From Klebsiella phage Miami: DNA of 64,000 nt. Under the pieces are notes generated by a model. The model was given only the letters and a program-made list of their open reading frames with translations, searched no databases and was not told the origin of the DNA. Numbering within the stretch: position 1 is the stretch's first letter; every line of letters begins with the position of its first letter. The stretch is taken from sequence record MT701590.1, one strand, 5' to 3'. A program made the position numbers and the translations under genes. Below, one piece after another: positions 19,162 to 30,400 of the stretch.

Positions 19162-19569
19162 ATGACTAATACACAGCAATGGCCTATCAATCTCGTTAAA
19201 AACGAATACTTCAAAGACAACGGAATACGTGGAGAAAGATTGCAGCAACTCATCTCCTTTATTCCGTTAGGCAGGACAGAAGAAGGCAATTATCTTTATG
19301 AGGTCACCAAATCAGGAAGCTGTCCGAATACTGAACAGTGGGAATTAGAACGATACGATCTTTCTTTTATCTCAAGAAAACATCTGATAAGTGATAGCGA
19401 AACCGTAAATCATTTGAACATGCTAATCCCTTTTATTAGTAAGGCGACGGGTTATCACTTATTACCGGGTGACATCGGTGGCGTGACCTTTCATAAAACA
19501 TACTGGATTATCGACGTAGCGAGAGACTCGTTGAGATTCACCGGCTCTTTCTCAATCATGAAGAAATAA
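19162..19569 (+). CDS. hypothetical protein (135 aa)
   Basis: ORF 4 nt after the previous stop. Confidence 0.45.
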   Translation: MTNTQQWPINLVKNEYFKDNGIRGERLQQLISFIPLGRTEEGNYLYEVTKSGSCPNTEQWELERYDLSFISRKHLISDSETVNHLNMLIPFISKATGYHLLPGDIGGVTFHKTYWIIDVARDSLRFTGSFSIMKK

Positions 19570-19580
19570 GGATTTATTCA

Positions 19581-20486
19581 ATGGCAACTGACACTCAACA
19601 ATCTTCCAACTCCAGACTGCCCAGTCAGATTGTTACCGCAACAGCATTTGGTGTGAAGATCGCGATCGCCGCTATTACCAAACAAAACGTGGAAGTCGAA
19701 CAATACACCACGCTCAACGAAATACATTCCGTCCTGGCCGATGAAAGTTTGGGTGTAAAAGCTGGTTCTGACTTTACCCTGAAGTATTATGGGTTAGGTG
19801 TTAAGGGTTCTCAATTCATTGGTAACGACGCCAACGGCATCGCCCGTATGTTGGTTAACCAACATCAGCCGATCGACTGTAACGCGTTCTATCCCATTCC
19901 GCTTGTCGTAAGAGAGCTCTCCGACGACCTCACCGCGGATCAACGTGCTAACTACCGTATGCGTGTTGTTTTTACTAAAGATAGTGTGACTTACGTCGCT
20001 TACTATCTGCGGGTCATCAGTTTTGCGGCGTTCAGTCCGTCGATTGTAAAAATCACGAAGGATCCTACAACGGGTAACGAAGATCCTGATGTTTACGTTC
20101 CGACCTCTGACTATCAGCACCCGACTCCGATCACGCCTAATAGCGACGGTACCGTTCCGCTTTCCAATCAGTATGTTTCGGCAACGGGTAAACTGGATCT
20201 CAGTATCGATGCTTCAGGTCTGGCTGAACTTCGCAACGCCTGTTCAATTATGTTCGGCGATGAGTCTTACGCCGCTCCAAACGAATATTACGTTTGCACC
20301 GGTATCGATACCCCGAGCTCTGGTCAGACGTCCGGTTCCATTAATGTTTCCTATACAGAAGCTGTCAGCGCAATCATCGCTTACTTCATTACGGAAACTC
20401 ATCCTCGCGATGCTAATGCGAACGGCGCAATTGAAATGTTCTTTGATATCGGAGCAAGTGCCCCGTTGTTGCTGGCTTCTAGCTAA
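19581..20486 (+). CDS. putative abundant virion protein (301 aa), possibly a tail component
   Basis: AAGGAT Shine-Dalgarno. Moderately host-optimal codons (CTG, CGT, GGT) suggest high expression. No motif recognised. Confidence 0.45.
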   Translation: MATDTQQSSNSRLPSQIVTATAFGVKIAIAAITKQNVEVEQYTTLNEIHSVLADESLGVKAGSDFTLKYYGLGVKGSQFIGNDANGIARMLVNQHQPIDCNAFYPIPLVVRELSDDLTADQRANYRMRVVFTKDSVTYVAYYLRVISFAAFSPSIVKITKDPTTGNEDPDVYVPTSDYQHPTPITPNSDGTVPLSNQYVSATGKLDLSIDASGLAELRNACSIMFGDESYAAPNEYYVCTGIDTPSSGQTSGSINVSYTEAVSAIIAYFITETHPRDANANGAIEMFFDIGASAPLLLASS

Positions 20487-20497
20487 GGAGAAACATC

Positions 20498-21145
20498 ATG
20501 CTCTTTAAAGAGTTATCTCCTACTGGGGGTGTTCTTCAACTCCCTAAGCTAGTCGTTGGTAAGTTATCCACGGATTACTTTGAGACGATTACCGATTTCT
20601 ATGAAGTCGTTCTGGATCAAAGTGTTTACAAAGTTTCCCAGGTTTATCTCGGCAGTGACGGCAAGCCCAAACTCGAACTCGTTCCCAATGAAATCAATGT
20701 GTTTAACGACATACTTTATTTCACTGGTAAAGGAGTGACGGGATTAACTTCTCAAGATGTTGTTACAACTATCGCCAACCCTATGCAGACCGTTGCTGAT
20801 GCGTTTTTGGATCAGTCCCCTGTTTGGGTGCCGGCTATAGAAGAGCTGAGTTTCTTTTCTAATATCGAACTCAATACCCCACGTGACATCTTCACCGTGA
20901 CCGATCAATATCCTCGTAAACTTGCTAATTTGTTGAGCGGGGGAAGGAATCACGTGAAGTGGGGTGTGGGGTCTTTGAACGAGTATTCCACTGCGGGATT
21001 CTCTTTACTGTATTACGGTGATGTGAGTAACGCGCCATCGTCTTACGCTTATCCGCCTGCTGCTAAAACAATTGCTATTGTTTCGCTTAATTCAGGCAAT
21101 AACAAAGGAATGGTAATGCTGTGCTCGGACAAAAAGATCGAATAA
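20498..21145 (+). CDS. hypothetical protein (215 aa)
   Basis: AAGGAGAAA Shine-Dalgarno. Overlaps the next ORF. Confidence 0.45.
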   Translation: MLFKELSPTGGVLQLPKLVVGKLSTDYFETITDFYEVVLDQSVYKVSQVYLGSDGKPKLELVPNEINVFNDILYFTGKGVTGLTSQDVVTTIANPMQTVADAFLDQSPVWVPAIEELSFFSNIELNTPRDIFTVTDQYPRKLANLLSGGRNHVKWGVGSLNEYSTAGFSLLYYGDVSNAPSSYAYPPAAKTIAIVSLNSGNNKGMVMLCSDKKIE

Positions 21146-21720
21146 GAGAAAAAACGATTATTCGGATTATCGGGACCGACCCCAGTACAACGCACATGGG
21201 TAATGCCGTTATTGACGTCAACATTACGGAAACTCAAAAATTCCAATTACGTTACGTCAATACGGTTATCGGCGACAAGGTCGATTTTTACGAGAAGCTG
21301 AACTACGCTGAGAGACCCGTTACCAAACGCACATTGGGGATGTCAAGGTCATATAAGGATCTCTTAGAGATCTTTGAGCCTGACATCGCCATTTGCGAGG
21401 ATAACTTCTTAGGGGCTTCTGCGGATACGTATAAACGATTAGTTGAAACCGTTTCTATGTTGCGCGATACTGTTAAAGAGCACAGTAAATCACTGTTCTT
21501 TATGAGCGTTCTCCCTAATCTTGCTAAGGCTATCGTTGGTGCTAATTTTAAAGGTACTCAAAAAGAAGACGTGCTGAAGGGTTTAAAGAACTATCCGCAC
21601 TTAGATCTTAACGGTATCGATCTTGACACCCTCGATGACCACAGCGTTGACAGTATCGTTATCGCATTATATCTTTGTGAAATGGTCGCAAAAGACTATA
21701 AGGTATTTCCTCATGACTGA
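21121..21720 (+). CDS. RuvC-like Holliday junction resolvase (putative)
   Basis: N-terminal IIRIIGTDPSTTHMGNAVID resembles the RuvC ILGIDPGSRVTGYGVI motif. Acidic candidates ICEDNF and DDHSVDSIVIALY. The exact start is uncertain. Confidence 0.4.
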   Translation: MLGQKDRIREKTIIRIIGTDPSTTHMGNAVIDVNITETQKFQLRYVNTVIGDKVDFYEKLNYAERPVTKRTLGMSRSYKDLLEIFEPDIAICEDNFLGASADTYKRLVETVSMLRDTVKEHSKSLFFMSVLPNLAKAIVGANFKGTQKEDVLKGLKNYPHLDLNGIDLDTLDDHSVDSIVIALYLCEMVAKDYKVFPHD

Positions 21721-22114
21721 AACTAAAGCACCGGGGGATGAAACTACCGAAGAGGACCCGATACTCGAGGTCCAACATCCCCAGGGGTTGGAGGGAAAGG
21801 TATTTGGTAAATGGACGGTAAGGTTGCGCAACGTCTGTGGCGTGGTTGCGTGCCTTTCGGTTTGTTATAATTCCATTAACTACACAGATACCATAAAGAA
21901 AGCAGTCCTGGCGGGATACGGTTATCCAGACAGGACGAGCTTAGGGATCGTCTTCATCGGTCCGATTATCATCGCCCTTGTTTTCATGAACGCCAGCAAA
22001 ATCTTGCAGGTTATCATGAAGATTCCTGGTGTGGCGGAAAAGCTGCGCAAAGGAACTATCGGGGTGCTGACTCGACCTGGAGATAATCCTCCACCGCCTC
22101 CACCACAGAAATAA
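21713..22114 (+). CDS. small membrane protein with Pro-rich C-terminus (133 aa)
   Basis: ATG at 21713 overlaps the upstream stop (ATGACTGA). One predicted transmembrane segment (GIVFIGPIIIALVFM). PPPPPPQK tail. Terminator follows. Confidence 0.4.
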   Translation: MTETKAPGDETTEEDPILEVQHPQGLEGKVFGKWTVRLRNVCGVVACLSVCYNSINYTDTIKKAVLAGYGYPDRTSLGIVFIGPIIIALVFMNASKILQVIMKIPGVAEKLRKGTIGVLTRPGDNPPPPPPQK

Positions 22115-22120
22115 GAAAGT

Positions 22121-22175
22121 TATACTCCTCCTACCCTAGGGTAGGAGGAGTATATTTATTTTATTATTATTTTTG
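22121..22175. terminator. bidirectional intrinsic terminator
   Basis: Stem atactcctcctaccct / agggtaggaggagtat, followed by a T-rich run. Lies between convergent genes. Confidence 0.6.
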
Positions 22176-22700
22176 CTCGGTAGTCGTCGAAGAAGTGACT
22201 TTCGTTACAACAGATTTAGTTGCTGCTTTGGCTTTGGTCATTAGGAATTTAGGATCAAAGACATTGACCGTTCCTGAAGCCTGATCGACAATTTGATCAA
22301 TGTTGCCGAGTAGGCCTTTGATGGCAACTTGCGAAGCATAAACCAAATCGTTGGCGTTATCTAAATCCCTCGTAGTCGTAATAAGTTTTAAACGAGTGAG
22401 CTTGTAGCATCTAACATAGTCAGTATTCTGATCCAAGCAATCATTCGCCTTAAGCCATTCATCGAGTACGATGAGTTGACTAATTGGCTCTACCGGATTA
22501 TCAGAAACGAGTTCCTTTGGGACGGTATGGGCGGCTTCTTTCAATTGCTGAAGATTGATTCCCATACTACTGACTTGAGCGGCTTGAGCCTCCACCTGAA
22601 GTTTGGTGTTGGCTTCGCTGACTGTGGTCTTGTGGCTGCACCCCGTCACTAAGATCATCAGCGCCGTAACGGCTAAGCATTTCATTATACGTTTTTTCAC
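22167..22700 (-). CDS. lipoprotein (lipobox LVTGC); outer-membrane spanin candidate
   Basis: N-terminus MKKRIMKCLAVTALMILVTGCS is a lipoprotein signal peptide. Its 5' end lies inside the 3' end of the upstream membrane-protein gene in another reading frame. Confidence 0.45.
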   Translation of the reverse strand: MKKRIMKCLAVTALMILVTGCSHKTTVSEANTKLQVEAQAAQVSSMGINLQQLKEAAHTVPKELVSDNPVEPISQLIVLDEWLKANDCLDQNTDYVRCYKLTRLKLITTTRDLDNANDLVYASQVAIKGLLGNIDQIVDQASGTVNVFDPKFLMTKAKAATKSVVTKVTSSTTTEQK

Positions 22701-22959
22701 GATCTTGACCTCGACGATCTAACATAAGAGCAAGTTGAGCGTTAAGTTTAGTTTGGCTGGCTGTGGAGACCTCGATAGCCTCCCGTAAACTCTTCATTTG
22801 GTCAGTGATTTTTGCCATCTGACCCACGGTTTCTTGATCGACTGTATCCTTAGGGAAAAACCGATTAACCCCAAGAATAATCATGATGACCAATAATAAT
22901 AAAATAACGATCCCATCTTTAACTACACTTCCGACATTATCTTTAGTAATAACCGACAT
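22567..22959 (-). CDS. type II membrane protein with periplasmic coiled coil; inner-membrane spanin candidate
   Basis: N-terminal transmembrane segment IVILLLLVIMIILGV followed by a helical region (ITDQMKSLREAIEVSTASQTKLNAQLALML). Overlaps the lipoprotein gene by 134 nt. Confidence 0.4.
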   Translation of the reverse strand: MSVITKDNVGSVVKDGIVILLLLVIMIILGVNRFFPKDTVDQETVGQMAKITDQMKSLREAIEVSTASQTKLNAQLALMLDRRGQDREKTYNEMLSRYGADDLSDGVQPQDHSQRSQHQTSGGGSSRSSQ

Positions 22960-22970
22960 GACGAATACCT

Positions 22971-24233
22971 CTAAACTAGAGCATGGATTTTGAACACAAA
23001 GCCAGTCACAAGGTCATCGCTAAAGTAACGGTTACGGAAAGCATGATAGAGATCCCCCCCGTTATCGACGCCCGTGAGGCCATTAACGTAATCCGGGGTT
23101 AACCGGATATCGGTACTCCACAGCATTTGGTTACCGCCTCTTTTAGAAATATAAGAGGGGAACAGGCCGTTGCTCAACATAAGAGGATGAGCGTAGGTGT
23201 CGTTAACCAAGAAGACTGTAGGGTAGCGATAGGTGATCAGTGGGGTTATCGTAATCCCGAAGTCTGGATTATCAAACACCACAAAGAAACTATTTTGATT
23301 TAAAAGAAGCGCTTTAAACGTTTCCGCAGTATAAAGCTTATCTTTAGCAATGACTTTACGTTCCTTAGGATAAAGGTTACTTAAGTCAACGTAATTAAGA
23401 GATTCGAAAATTCGCTCGGGCCATTTATAATGACGGTAGTCGATACGTAGTCTTTTCTCACCCGTTCTTGTAACCAGGGGAGAACCTGTGACTAATCTTC
23501 CAGCGATAACTAACCAAACCTTCTTATCTTTGATAGGAACGTCTAGTTCGACTTCTAAACCAGTGAATCCATCTTCGTCAATGAACTTTATCATGTCTTC
23601 GGTAAATGGACGTGTCTCTAAAGCAGACACTTTGGAGAAGTCATAGATATCAACGTGACTACTATCATTAATGCGGTAATTCTTCCCACCGTTTAAAAGA
23701 TAGATCCCGTCGTCTCTACTTATTCCTCTAATGAAATGCCCGTTGAGATTAAAAAGACATTTCGTGATAAGGTCGTCATATTTGCGCGTTGTTACGATAG
23801 TAGTTAGTAACAGATCCGGGGCTTCACTAACACTAACCAGCGCTTGACGGTCAGCAGACAACAGATGATTAGCAGGAGCGATACGATAGCCGCTTAATTG
23901 AGCGTCACCACGTTGAACATAAACCAACTTCTCTCCCGGGAGTTCCGAAGAGAGAGTAAGCGGATCATTCTCTTTTGTCAACAGCCAGGCTTCAATGGTC
24001 CCATCGAAAGTTTGAAACTCATATTGATAATCGAAGGCGTTTAAACAAAGCTGTTTACCCACTAGTTCGTCGAGAATAACTATTCGTAATTTACTGTAGG
24101 TTTTAAAGTACTGGTTGGTCTTTAAAGTGCTTAAATCTACAACGGCTTCTCCAGCGTGCCCTGTGAGAGCAACACCTACGGCTCGTACATACTGATAAGA
24201 CATAGCGCCCTCTTCCGGAATTCTATGGTTCAT
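22971..24233 (-). CDS. hypothetical baseplate or fiber-adaptor protein (420 aa)
   Basis: Divergent from the tail-fiber cluster. No motif recognised. Confidence 0.4.
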   Translation of the reverse strand: MNHRIPEEGAMSYQYVRAVGVALTGHAGEAVVDLSTLKTNQYFKTYSKLRIVILDELVGKQLCLNAFDYQYEFQTFDGTIEAWLLTKENDPLTLSSELPGEKLVYVQRGDAQLSGYRIAPANHLLSADRQALVSVSEAPDLLLTTIVTTRKYDDLITKCLFNLNGHFIRGISRDDGIYLLNGGKNYRINDSSHVDIYDFSKVSALETRPFTEDMIKFIDEDGFTGLEVELDVPIKDKKVWLVIAGRLVTGSPLVTRTGEKRLRIDYRHYKWPERIFESLNYVDLSNLYPKERKVIAKDKLYTAETFKALLLNQNSFFVVFDNPDFGITITPLITYRYPTVFLVNDTYAHPLMLSNGLFPSYISKRGGNQMLWSTDIRLTPDYVNGLTGVDNGGDLYHAFRNRYFSDDLVTGFVFKIHALV

Positions 24234-24304
24234 TATTTAAATTCATTCATAGGATCGGGCCGCTTAGCGTGGCGAGGTCTTCTAACCGCCAAACAGGATT
24301 CGAT

Positions 24305-27076
24305 ATGTCAGAATATTTATATCCTTGGAATCCCTTCCAAGATGATGATGACGCCCGTATCACTGGAGAGCTCGCGAGTGTACCCGGGGGAACCCGTGTG
24401 CTGGTCGTTCCTAGAGCCGCTCCTTTCTTTTCCGAAAACTTAACTATTGTCAATTCGGATACTAATGCCCCGTTGGTATTAGGTGAAGACTACGTCTTCA
24501 GTTATCCGTTTATGGATTTTATCAAGAATTATTCCAAAAACGTTTATGGTGGGATAATTCTTCTCAAAGCAACCACTGCTTTGAACATTTCAATAAGTTA
24601 TGACACCATCGGCGGGCCGTTCGTTTTAGATGACGTTGCGTACGCTGAAGCTGTGGCCAATATCATCTCATCCGGGAGATTGGCAGATTGGAGTCAGGTC
24701 GTTAATCTCCCTTCTGGTTTCCCAGCCGATCCCCACGACCATCCAGAAAGTCAGACTTATAACTACAACGAGTTCATGGCTAACCTCACTCTGATGATTG
24801 AGGCGATGAACAATGAAACGAATAACCCAACTGTCCAGACACAGCTGACACAGCACAGTGCCGATAACTTAAGAATCGCGCATCCCAACGGCGAGCCAGA
24901 GGATGTGGGATTAAGCAATCTTCACGATTACCCGGTGGCTCAAGAAAGTGATTTCGACGGTAATTCCAACCAGTTATATATGGTTCTTGGTATTACGAAG
25001 AAACTCATCGATAAAATGTTAGCCGAGTTCTTGAACGGATCGTTACCCGCTGACTTCGAAGAAACGGTTCAAGAAATCTACGATCAAATGAACTCTTACC
25101 TGCAGCAAACGGCTACGCTCGCTGGGCAAGTTGATAACAAGCTGTCGAACACCATCAACGGTTTGGAAACCTTCGATAATGGCGCGACACTGAAGTCAAC
25201 CAAGGATATGTTATTCCATACCCCAACTAACAGCTGGTACTATTGGGGTGGGACTTATCCTACTGGCGGTTACGTTGTCAGCGGCGGGGCTTCCCCTTAC
25301 GATGCTTCAGGTAATCTGATAGCCGGTTGGAAAGTGGCTGGTGCAGTTGAGCTTGAAACCAGACTCTCTTCGAAAACCATCGGCCTGGGTGGGGATATCG
25401 TAGGTTACACGGCAGTGGCTGGAGCAATAGCCCGTACTGTGAATGACCGACTCCGGGATACGATTAGTGTAAGGGACTATTATCAAAGTAGTGATAATGG
25501 TAACTGGGCCTTGGCTTATAACCGAGCTAAAGCGGTCAACCCTAAAGTTTGGTTCCCGAGATCCGATTCTGCGTACATCGTTACTTCAACGTTGGCTCTG
25601 TCCGCTGGAGGTGGGATATACTCAAACGGCGCAACTATAAGCTCTCCTCCTGCGGCTGACGCCACGGGTACAGCACTGATAAAGGTTATTTCGGCGACAA
25701 GTGTTTCCGACATCGAGCTAAGTGGGATAACTATCGATGGTGGGGTTAACGAAACACTGACGTCTAAAAACTACACTCGGCCTGTTCAGATGACCGGATG
25801 CACCAATATTCGGTTTAGGAACGTCAGGATCGTAAACAATCCGGATTGGAGTTTTTCACTAGAATCGTGTAAACAGATCATTATTGACAATTACTATCAA
25901 CGTTCTTTCGTCTATGCCAACAGTGCGACGACTACATCGTTAGCTGGCGGTCGAGACGGCGGTCACCTGATGGACTGTGTCGACGCAACATTAACGAATC
26001 TGGATATCGAGTCTGGTGACGATTGCATTGGGATCACATCTAAACTTTCCGGCTGTGCCAACATCACAGTGAGAGGGCTTAAAGGAAGCTCGGTTATCGC
26101 CAGCCTCCTCATTTATAACGAAGAACAGGACGCTTCACTGAATTATTATTCGCAACCTTGTTCTCGTTTAAAATTCTCCGAGATCCATGTAAAAGATGGA
26201 GCTAACTGTCGCAACATCGTTCGAGTTAAGAAATACGGTTCTACTTCTGTCATTAACGATGTCTCAATAACGGGAGTGAGTGGGAAAGCCAATAACAGCT
26301 ACGGTGTATGGGTGGGTGGTGTTAATAACGTTTACCTCAACGATATTAACGTCGAATCAACCCAGGTTCATGGGGCGTATATTGAGAACTGTTCAAGAGT
26401 GAGAGGCAACGTAAAAGCGAAAGCCAATGTTTCCACTTACCACGGCGTTATCGTATACAACTCCAACAACTGTGACCTGATACTGGATTCCGATCAATCA
26501 GCCGGGTATGGTATCTATCTCGATACTGTGAGCTATTCCGTCATCAAACCGTATTCCTATAACTGCGGGGCTGGTTTGTTCTCTACCTCGGCAGGTGGCG
26601 GATGTAGGATGGTGAACTGTACCAACGTGAACATGCCGGAAGGTAATCTCTACGGTACAACCACAGTATCCTATTATGGTTTGAACTACTCCACTGGCAA
26701 CACCGGATGTACGTTTGGTCTGGATCTGATGTTCTACGGCCTGGTTCCGTCTACCCGTCTCCCTACGGCGTATTACCTTAAAACCCCAGCGGTCAGTCTT
26801 AAGTTTAAGGAAGATTCTGCGGGAACGTTGTCGGTTTATTCCAACATCGGGTGTACGTTAACCAGAAACGCGGCGGGTAACTACACGGTTGCTTTTTCAA
26901 GTAACATGAACTCAACTGGGTTCCAATGGGTTCTAGAAGCCTATCACAACGGCGCACGTAGGACGGTTCAATTGTCCTCAGCGGTGACTGTCGGTGGATT
27001 TAGTTTCTTAACTCAGGACGCAGCGGGAACAACGACTTACGCCGATCACGTCAGTCTGGTCGCCTGGAACACTTAA
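24305..27076 (+). CDS. tail fiber or tailspike protein 1, with a right-handed beta-helix region
   Basis: AGGA Shine-Dalgarno before ATG 24305. The longer frame starts at 24269 and lacks a Shine-Dalgarno. N-terminal VVPRAAPFF domain shared with the next two fibers. GLSNLHDYP collar-like motif. Mid-region Asn/Gly/Ser/Thr-rich repeats (DCIGITSKLSGCANITVRG...) typical of a beta-helix. Confidence 0.7.
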   Translation: MSEYLYPWNPFQDDDDARITGELASVPGGTRVLVVPRAAPFFSENLTIVNSDTNAPLVLGEDYVFSYPFMDFIKNYSKNVYGGIILLKATTALNISISYDTIGGPFVLDDVAYAEAVANIISSGRLADWSQVVNLPSGFPADPHDHPESQTYNYNEFMANLTLMIEAMNNETNNPTVQTQLTQHSADNLRIAHPNGEPEDVGLSNLHDYPVAQESDFDGNSNQLYMVLGITKKLIDKMLAEFLNGSLPADFEETVQEIYDQMNSYLQQTATLAGQVDNKLSNTINGLETFDNGATLKSTKDMLFHTPTNSWYYWGGTYPTGGYVVSGGASPYDASGNLIAGWKVAGAVELETRLSSKTIGLGGDIVGYTAVAGAIARTVNDRLRDTISVRDYYQSSDNGNWALAYNRAKAVNPKVWFPRSDSAYIVTSTLALSAGGGIYSNGATISSPPAADATGTALIKVISATSVSDIELSGITIDGGVNETLTSKNYTRPVQMTGCTNIRFRNVRIVNNPDWSFSLESCKQIIIDNYYQRSFVYANSATTTSLAGGRDGGHLMDCVDATLTNLDIESGDDCIGITSKLSGCANITVRGLKGSSVIASLLIYNEEQDASLNYYSQPCSRLKFSEIHVKDGANCRNIVRVKKYGSTSVINDVSITGVSGKANNSYGVWVGGVNNVYLNDINVESTQVHGAYIENCSRVRGNVKAKANVSTYHGVIVYNSNNCDLILDSDQSAGYGIYLDTVSYSVIKPYSYNCGAGLFSTSAGGGCRMVNCTNVNMPEGNLYGTTTVSYYGLNYSTGNTGCTFGLDLMFYGLVPSTRLPTAYYLKTPAVSLKFKEDSAGTLSVYSNIGCTLTRNAAGNYTVAFSSNMNSTGFQWVLEAYHNGARRTVQLSSAVTVGGFSFLTQDAAGTTTYADHVSLVAWNT

Positions 27077-27085
27077 GGAAAAAAT

Positions 27086-27340
27086 ATGCCTGTTACAGCA
27101 GTACTTGCCGCCACTGTTAATCTCACTACTCTGAAAGATAAGAGTTTGGAAAATGAGGTTCTCCAAACCATTAAAGAAAGAATGGCTTACGAGAAACCAG
27201 ACATTGAACTGACCTTATCTAAAGATGACAGTGTTGTTAACAGTTACACCTTTGTTAGTGGCGACGCTCTAACCGTTTCCGATGATTTCAGTTTTGTTTT
27301 TAACGGGATCGTCGCGGACGTAATCAGCAACGTTAACTGA
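27086..27340 (+). CDS. small protein (84 aa); possible fiber assembly factor
   Basis: AAGGAAAAAAT Shine-Dalgarno. Lies between fiber genes. Terminator follows. Confidence 0.4.
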   Translation: MPVTAVLAATVNLTTLKDKSLENEVLQTIKERMAYEKPDIELTLSKDDSVVNSYTFVSGDALTVSDDFSFVFNGIVADVISNVN

Positions 27341-27351
27341 GTAACCTAATA

Positions 27352-27395
27352 AGGTAGGGGAGGGCGTCAGCCCTCCCCTACCTAGTCGATTTTAT
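27352..27395 (+). terminator. intrinsic terminator-like hairpin
   Basis: Stem aggtaggggagggc / gccctcccctacct with loop gtca. Weak T-stretch. Confidence 0.5.
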
Positions 27396-27451
27396 GATTC
27401 AGGCTTAATATTCGTGGAGTGTGATACTCACTCCATCACGAGGTGAGATCA

Positions 27452-30400
27452 ATGAACTATCCTAATATTCCCGAATACCGTTTGGATATCACGGGGAAGA
27501 ACCCAGAAAACTTGATTCCTTTCGAGCATCTTCAAAGGGAAGATAATGATCGAAAAATGATCGTCGTCCCACGTCACGCTCCCTTCTTTATCGACAGCGT
27601 GATTTTGAGCTTCCCTGACGGCACCCCAATGGTTTACGGAACCCATTATGAATTCTTCAACATCATGGGTGAGCTTTCCAGAAGAACCGGTAAGGCGGTC
27701 GGTTGTTTTATTCGCATTTTGGATAAAACCATAACTCGGTTTAACGCCCGCTATCAAACAGTAGGTTCGGTATCTCTCTTTGATAAGAGTTTCCTGGATC
27801 TCTATAATACCGTCATAGACGATGAGCGAGCTGTTTGGTTCGACGATATCGCCAACAAGCCTATATTGTTTGATCCAGAGCAGCATGGTCATGACGTCAG
27901 GTACGGAGTATACGCATTTAAAGACCTTGCAGATGCTTTCGAGCAGATGGTCGCTAACACCGTAGGTGGGGAAGGTTATCACGCCCCGTACGAAGAATTC
28001 TTTGTTCAGCGTATCAACAACGCCATTAGTTACCTTTCACAAGTACAGAGTCGTTGCATCGCACTCATTAACGAACACGCCAGTAACAAGATCAACGTGC
28101 ATGGGATCGATAATGTTAAAGTGGGATTGGGTAACGTTGATAACATCGGGACTTATACTTCCGATAATTGGGGAGATCCTATCGATGATAAACATCGCAT
28201 AACCCCAGGGTATCTGAAAAAGTTAGCTGAAAACACCACTGTGGATCTCAGTAACTTGGTCCAACCCGGAGTTCTCCCAATTGCACGCTACGGTGAAAAC
28301 TTTTACATCCCTCCGGTCATCGATGGATCTTTTAAAGGTGTCGGGACCCGTCAACCTTGGCGAGTGGCCTGTTTAGAAAGAAACGGTTATTTAGTAGCAA
28401 TAGGTAATTACAAGGATGTCAATACGGACGTTTTGATGTACATGTATAACAAAACCCCGTTTGTTTCCCCGGCCAATTCTGCTAACTGGATAAATACACG
28501 TTACGAATATAAACCCACTCGTGCCGTTGAAGATGACGTTAAACTCACCACAGTTATTAAAGGCGGTGATTACCGTTGGATGATCGTAGGTAACGACCAA
28601 ACCAACAAGTGGTATGTAGTTAACTGCAATTCCACATTCAATCCGGTTAGTCACGTTCTCACGCCAATCAGCAATGTGGACTTTTTCTCCAACATTAGTC
28701 ATATCAGAATGTCCGTTTGCGGAGAGAGTATTTATCTGTTCAAGATCACGGATACTCAAGCTGATGGACGTAAATATGTGACGATGAGGAAGATCGACGT
28801 AAGCTCTGTTGATGTTAACACAGAGAGTGTCGCTCTGACCACACCTTCTCTTATTTACACCGATTCATCTAACGCCAGTAAAACATCCACCACCGGCGTT
28901 TTCGATCCTTTCGTTGTTACCAAAGACGGGTCTAATAAAGTCACTAAAGTGTTGGGTAGCTTTAACCCAGTACTGGACTATATTGAAATGGAAAGGGATA
29001 TTCATATTGAAATGATTCCTGATCCAACTAACCCCACAGTAAGTTATATGCGTTGGTGGACCCCCTGTATGCATCATCTGGGGACTAAGGCAGTAACGAC
29101 GACTTACTCCCCGTCCTGGAAATTGCAGGAGAGTGGTGGGTTTACAACGATGACGTGGACAAAAGGACTGGGGTCCGCTACGATGAACATCACTGCGTGG
29201 GATTTAAATTACGCGCCGTGGATGGGTAATCAAAATACAGCGAATACCGACTTCTTCAAGCAAACCTCATCGTGGTTCCACTCACCGGCAATGGGTAACG
29301 GGTTTACTGGTTCGTCTTCAATACTGTCCAATGATGCAAGATTCTCATGCGCGTCGACTCACTGGAACTTCTTCCCGTTATTGACAGCAACGAGCATGTC
29401 GGACTTCTTTACGTCTAGTGACCCTTCCACATTTACGACTGCCGATCCGGCAATAACAAATATGGATGTTAATGAAGCCGGTGGTTATAACCTGAGAACT
29501 TTACAGTGTGGTATTACCAATACCACCGTGTACGGGTCAGCTCCCGCTTCCAGTTGCCACTCTACTTTACCCTTTACTGAGGCGAATAACTCGATAACAC
29601 ATTATGAACTTATTAAGTCAGAAGTTAATGACGATACCTTTGTTCATACGGCTAAATTGAGAACGGGTGATAGAACAACGGCTTCTGTATACGACGCCAA
29701 CACTTATTACCATATGAGTTACACCAACGACATTTATAAAACCAACATCCCTCCAAGGGGTGTACGTGTTTCTTACGTTGATGAAATGAATACGACTAAT
29801 AAGGGAGAGACGTTCTTCTCAGTGACTGGCGGGACGGTTTATAGTCTTGGTACCGGGCTTCAGGATAATCTGTTAACTCACTCTTTCACTACGACCAGAG
29901 ATTCTTCTACCAGGACGTTGTCGTTTAATCCATCTCTGTATGTTCAAATTACTAATGCTTTGGTTTTGTCTTTAGTAACAGCGAACTTCCCAAATGCAGC
30001 GGCTTACTATCAGAAAGCTTGGACTTTGTTATGGGTGCCAGGGAAAGAGAGTATTATAGCTCCTATGCTGATCGTAGAGTGGATGGGTACGGGTTCTGAT
30101 ACTAATGCTTATATCGGCGTGATGACGTTAAACGTGGTTAAAAACCCAACGCTGGCTGCTAACCAAACTACGACTGTGAATGGTGTAAAAACCTGCGTAA
30201 TGAATGTAGGTGATTTGACAGTAGTCAACAAATATACTGTGACGAACGGAACCTATTCTGGTGATCGTTCTTGGTTTGATGCGATTGGTAACCACTACAT
30301 CAACTCAGGATATTTTACTGTTTATCGCAATGCGTCTGGCGAAGTCTCTTTCTATTGGGGTTCTACCAATTCTAAGAACTACGGAAGCGCGACCAGTTAT

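Noticed and set aside
24269-24304. Upstream ATG at 24269 as the start of tail fiber 1
   Set aside because: It has no Shine-Dalgarno and sits in the short divergent gap. ATG 24305 has an AGGA Shine-Dalgarno 6 nt upstream. The true start is unresolved, and the shorter form is reported.
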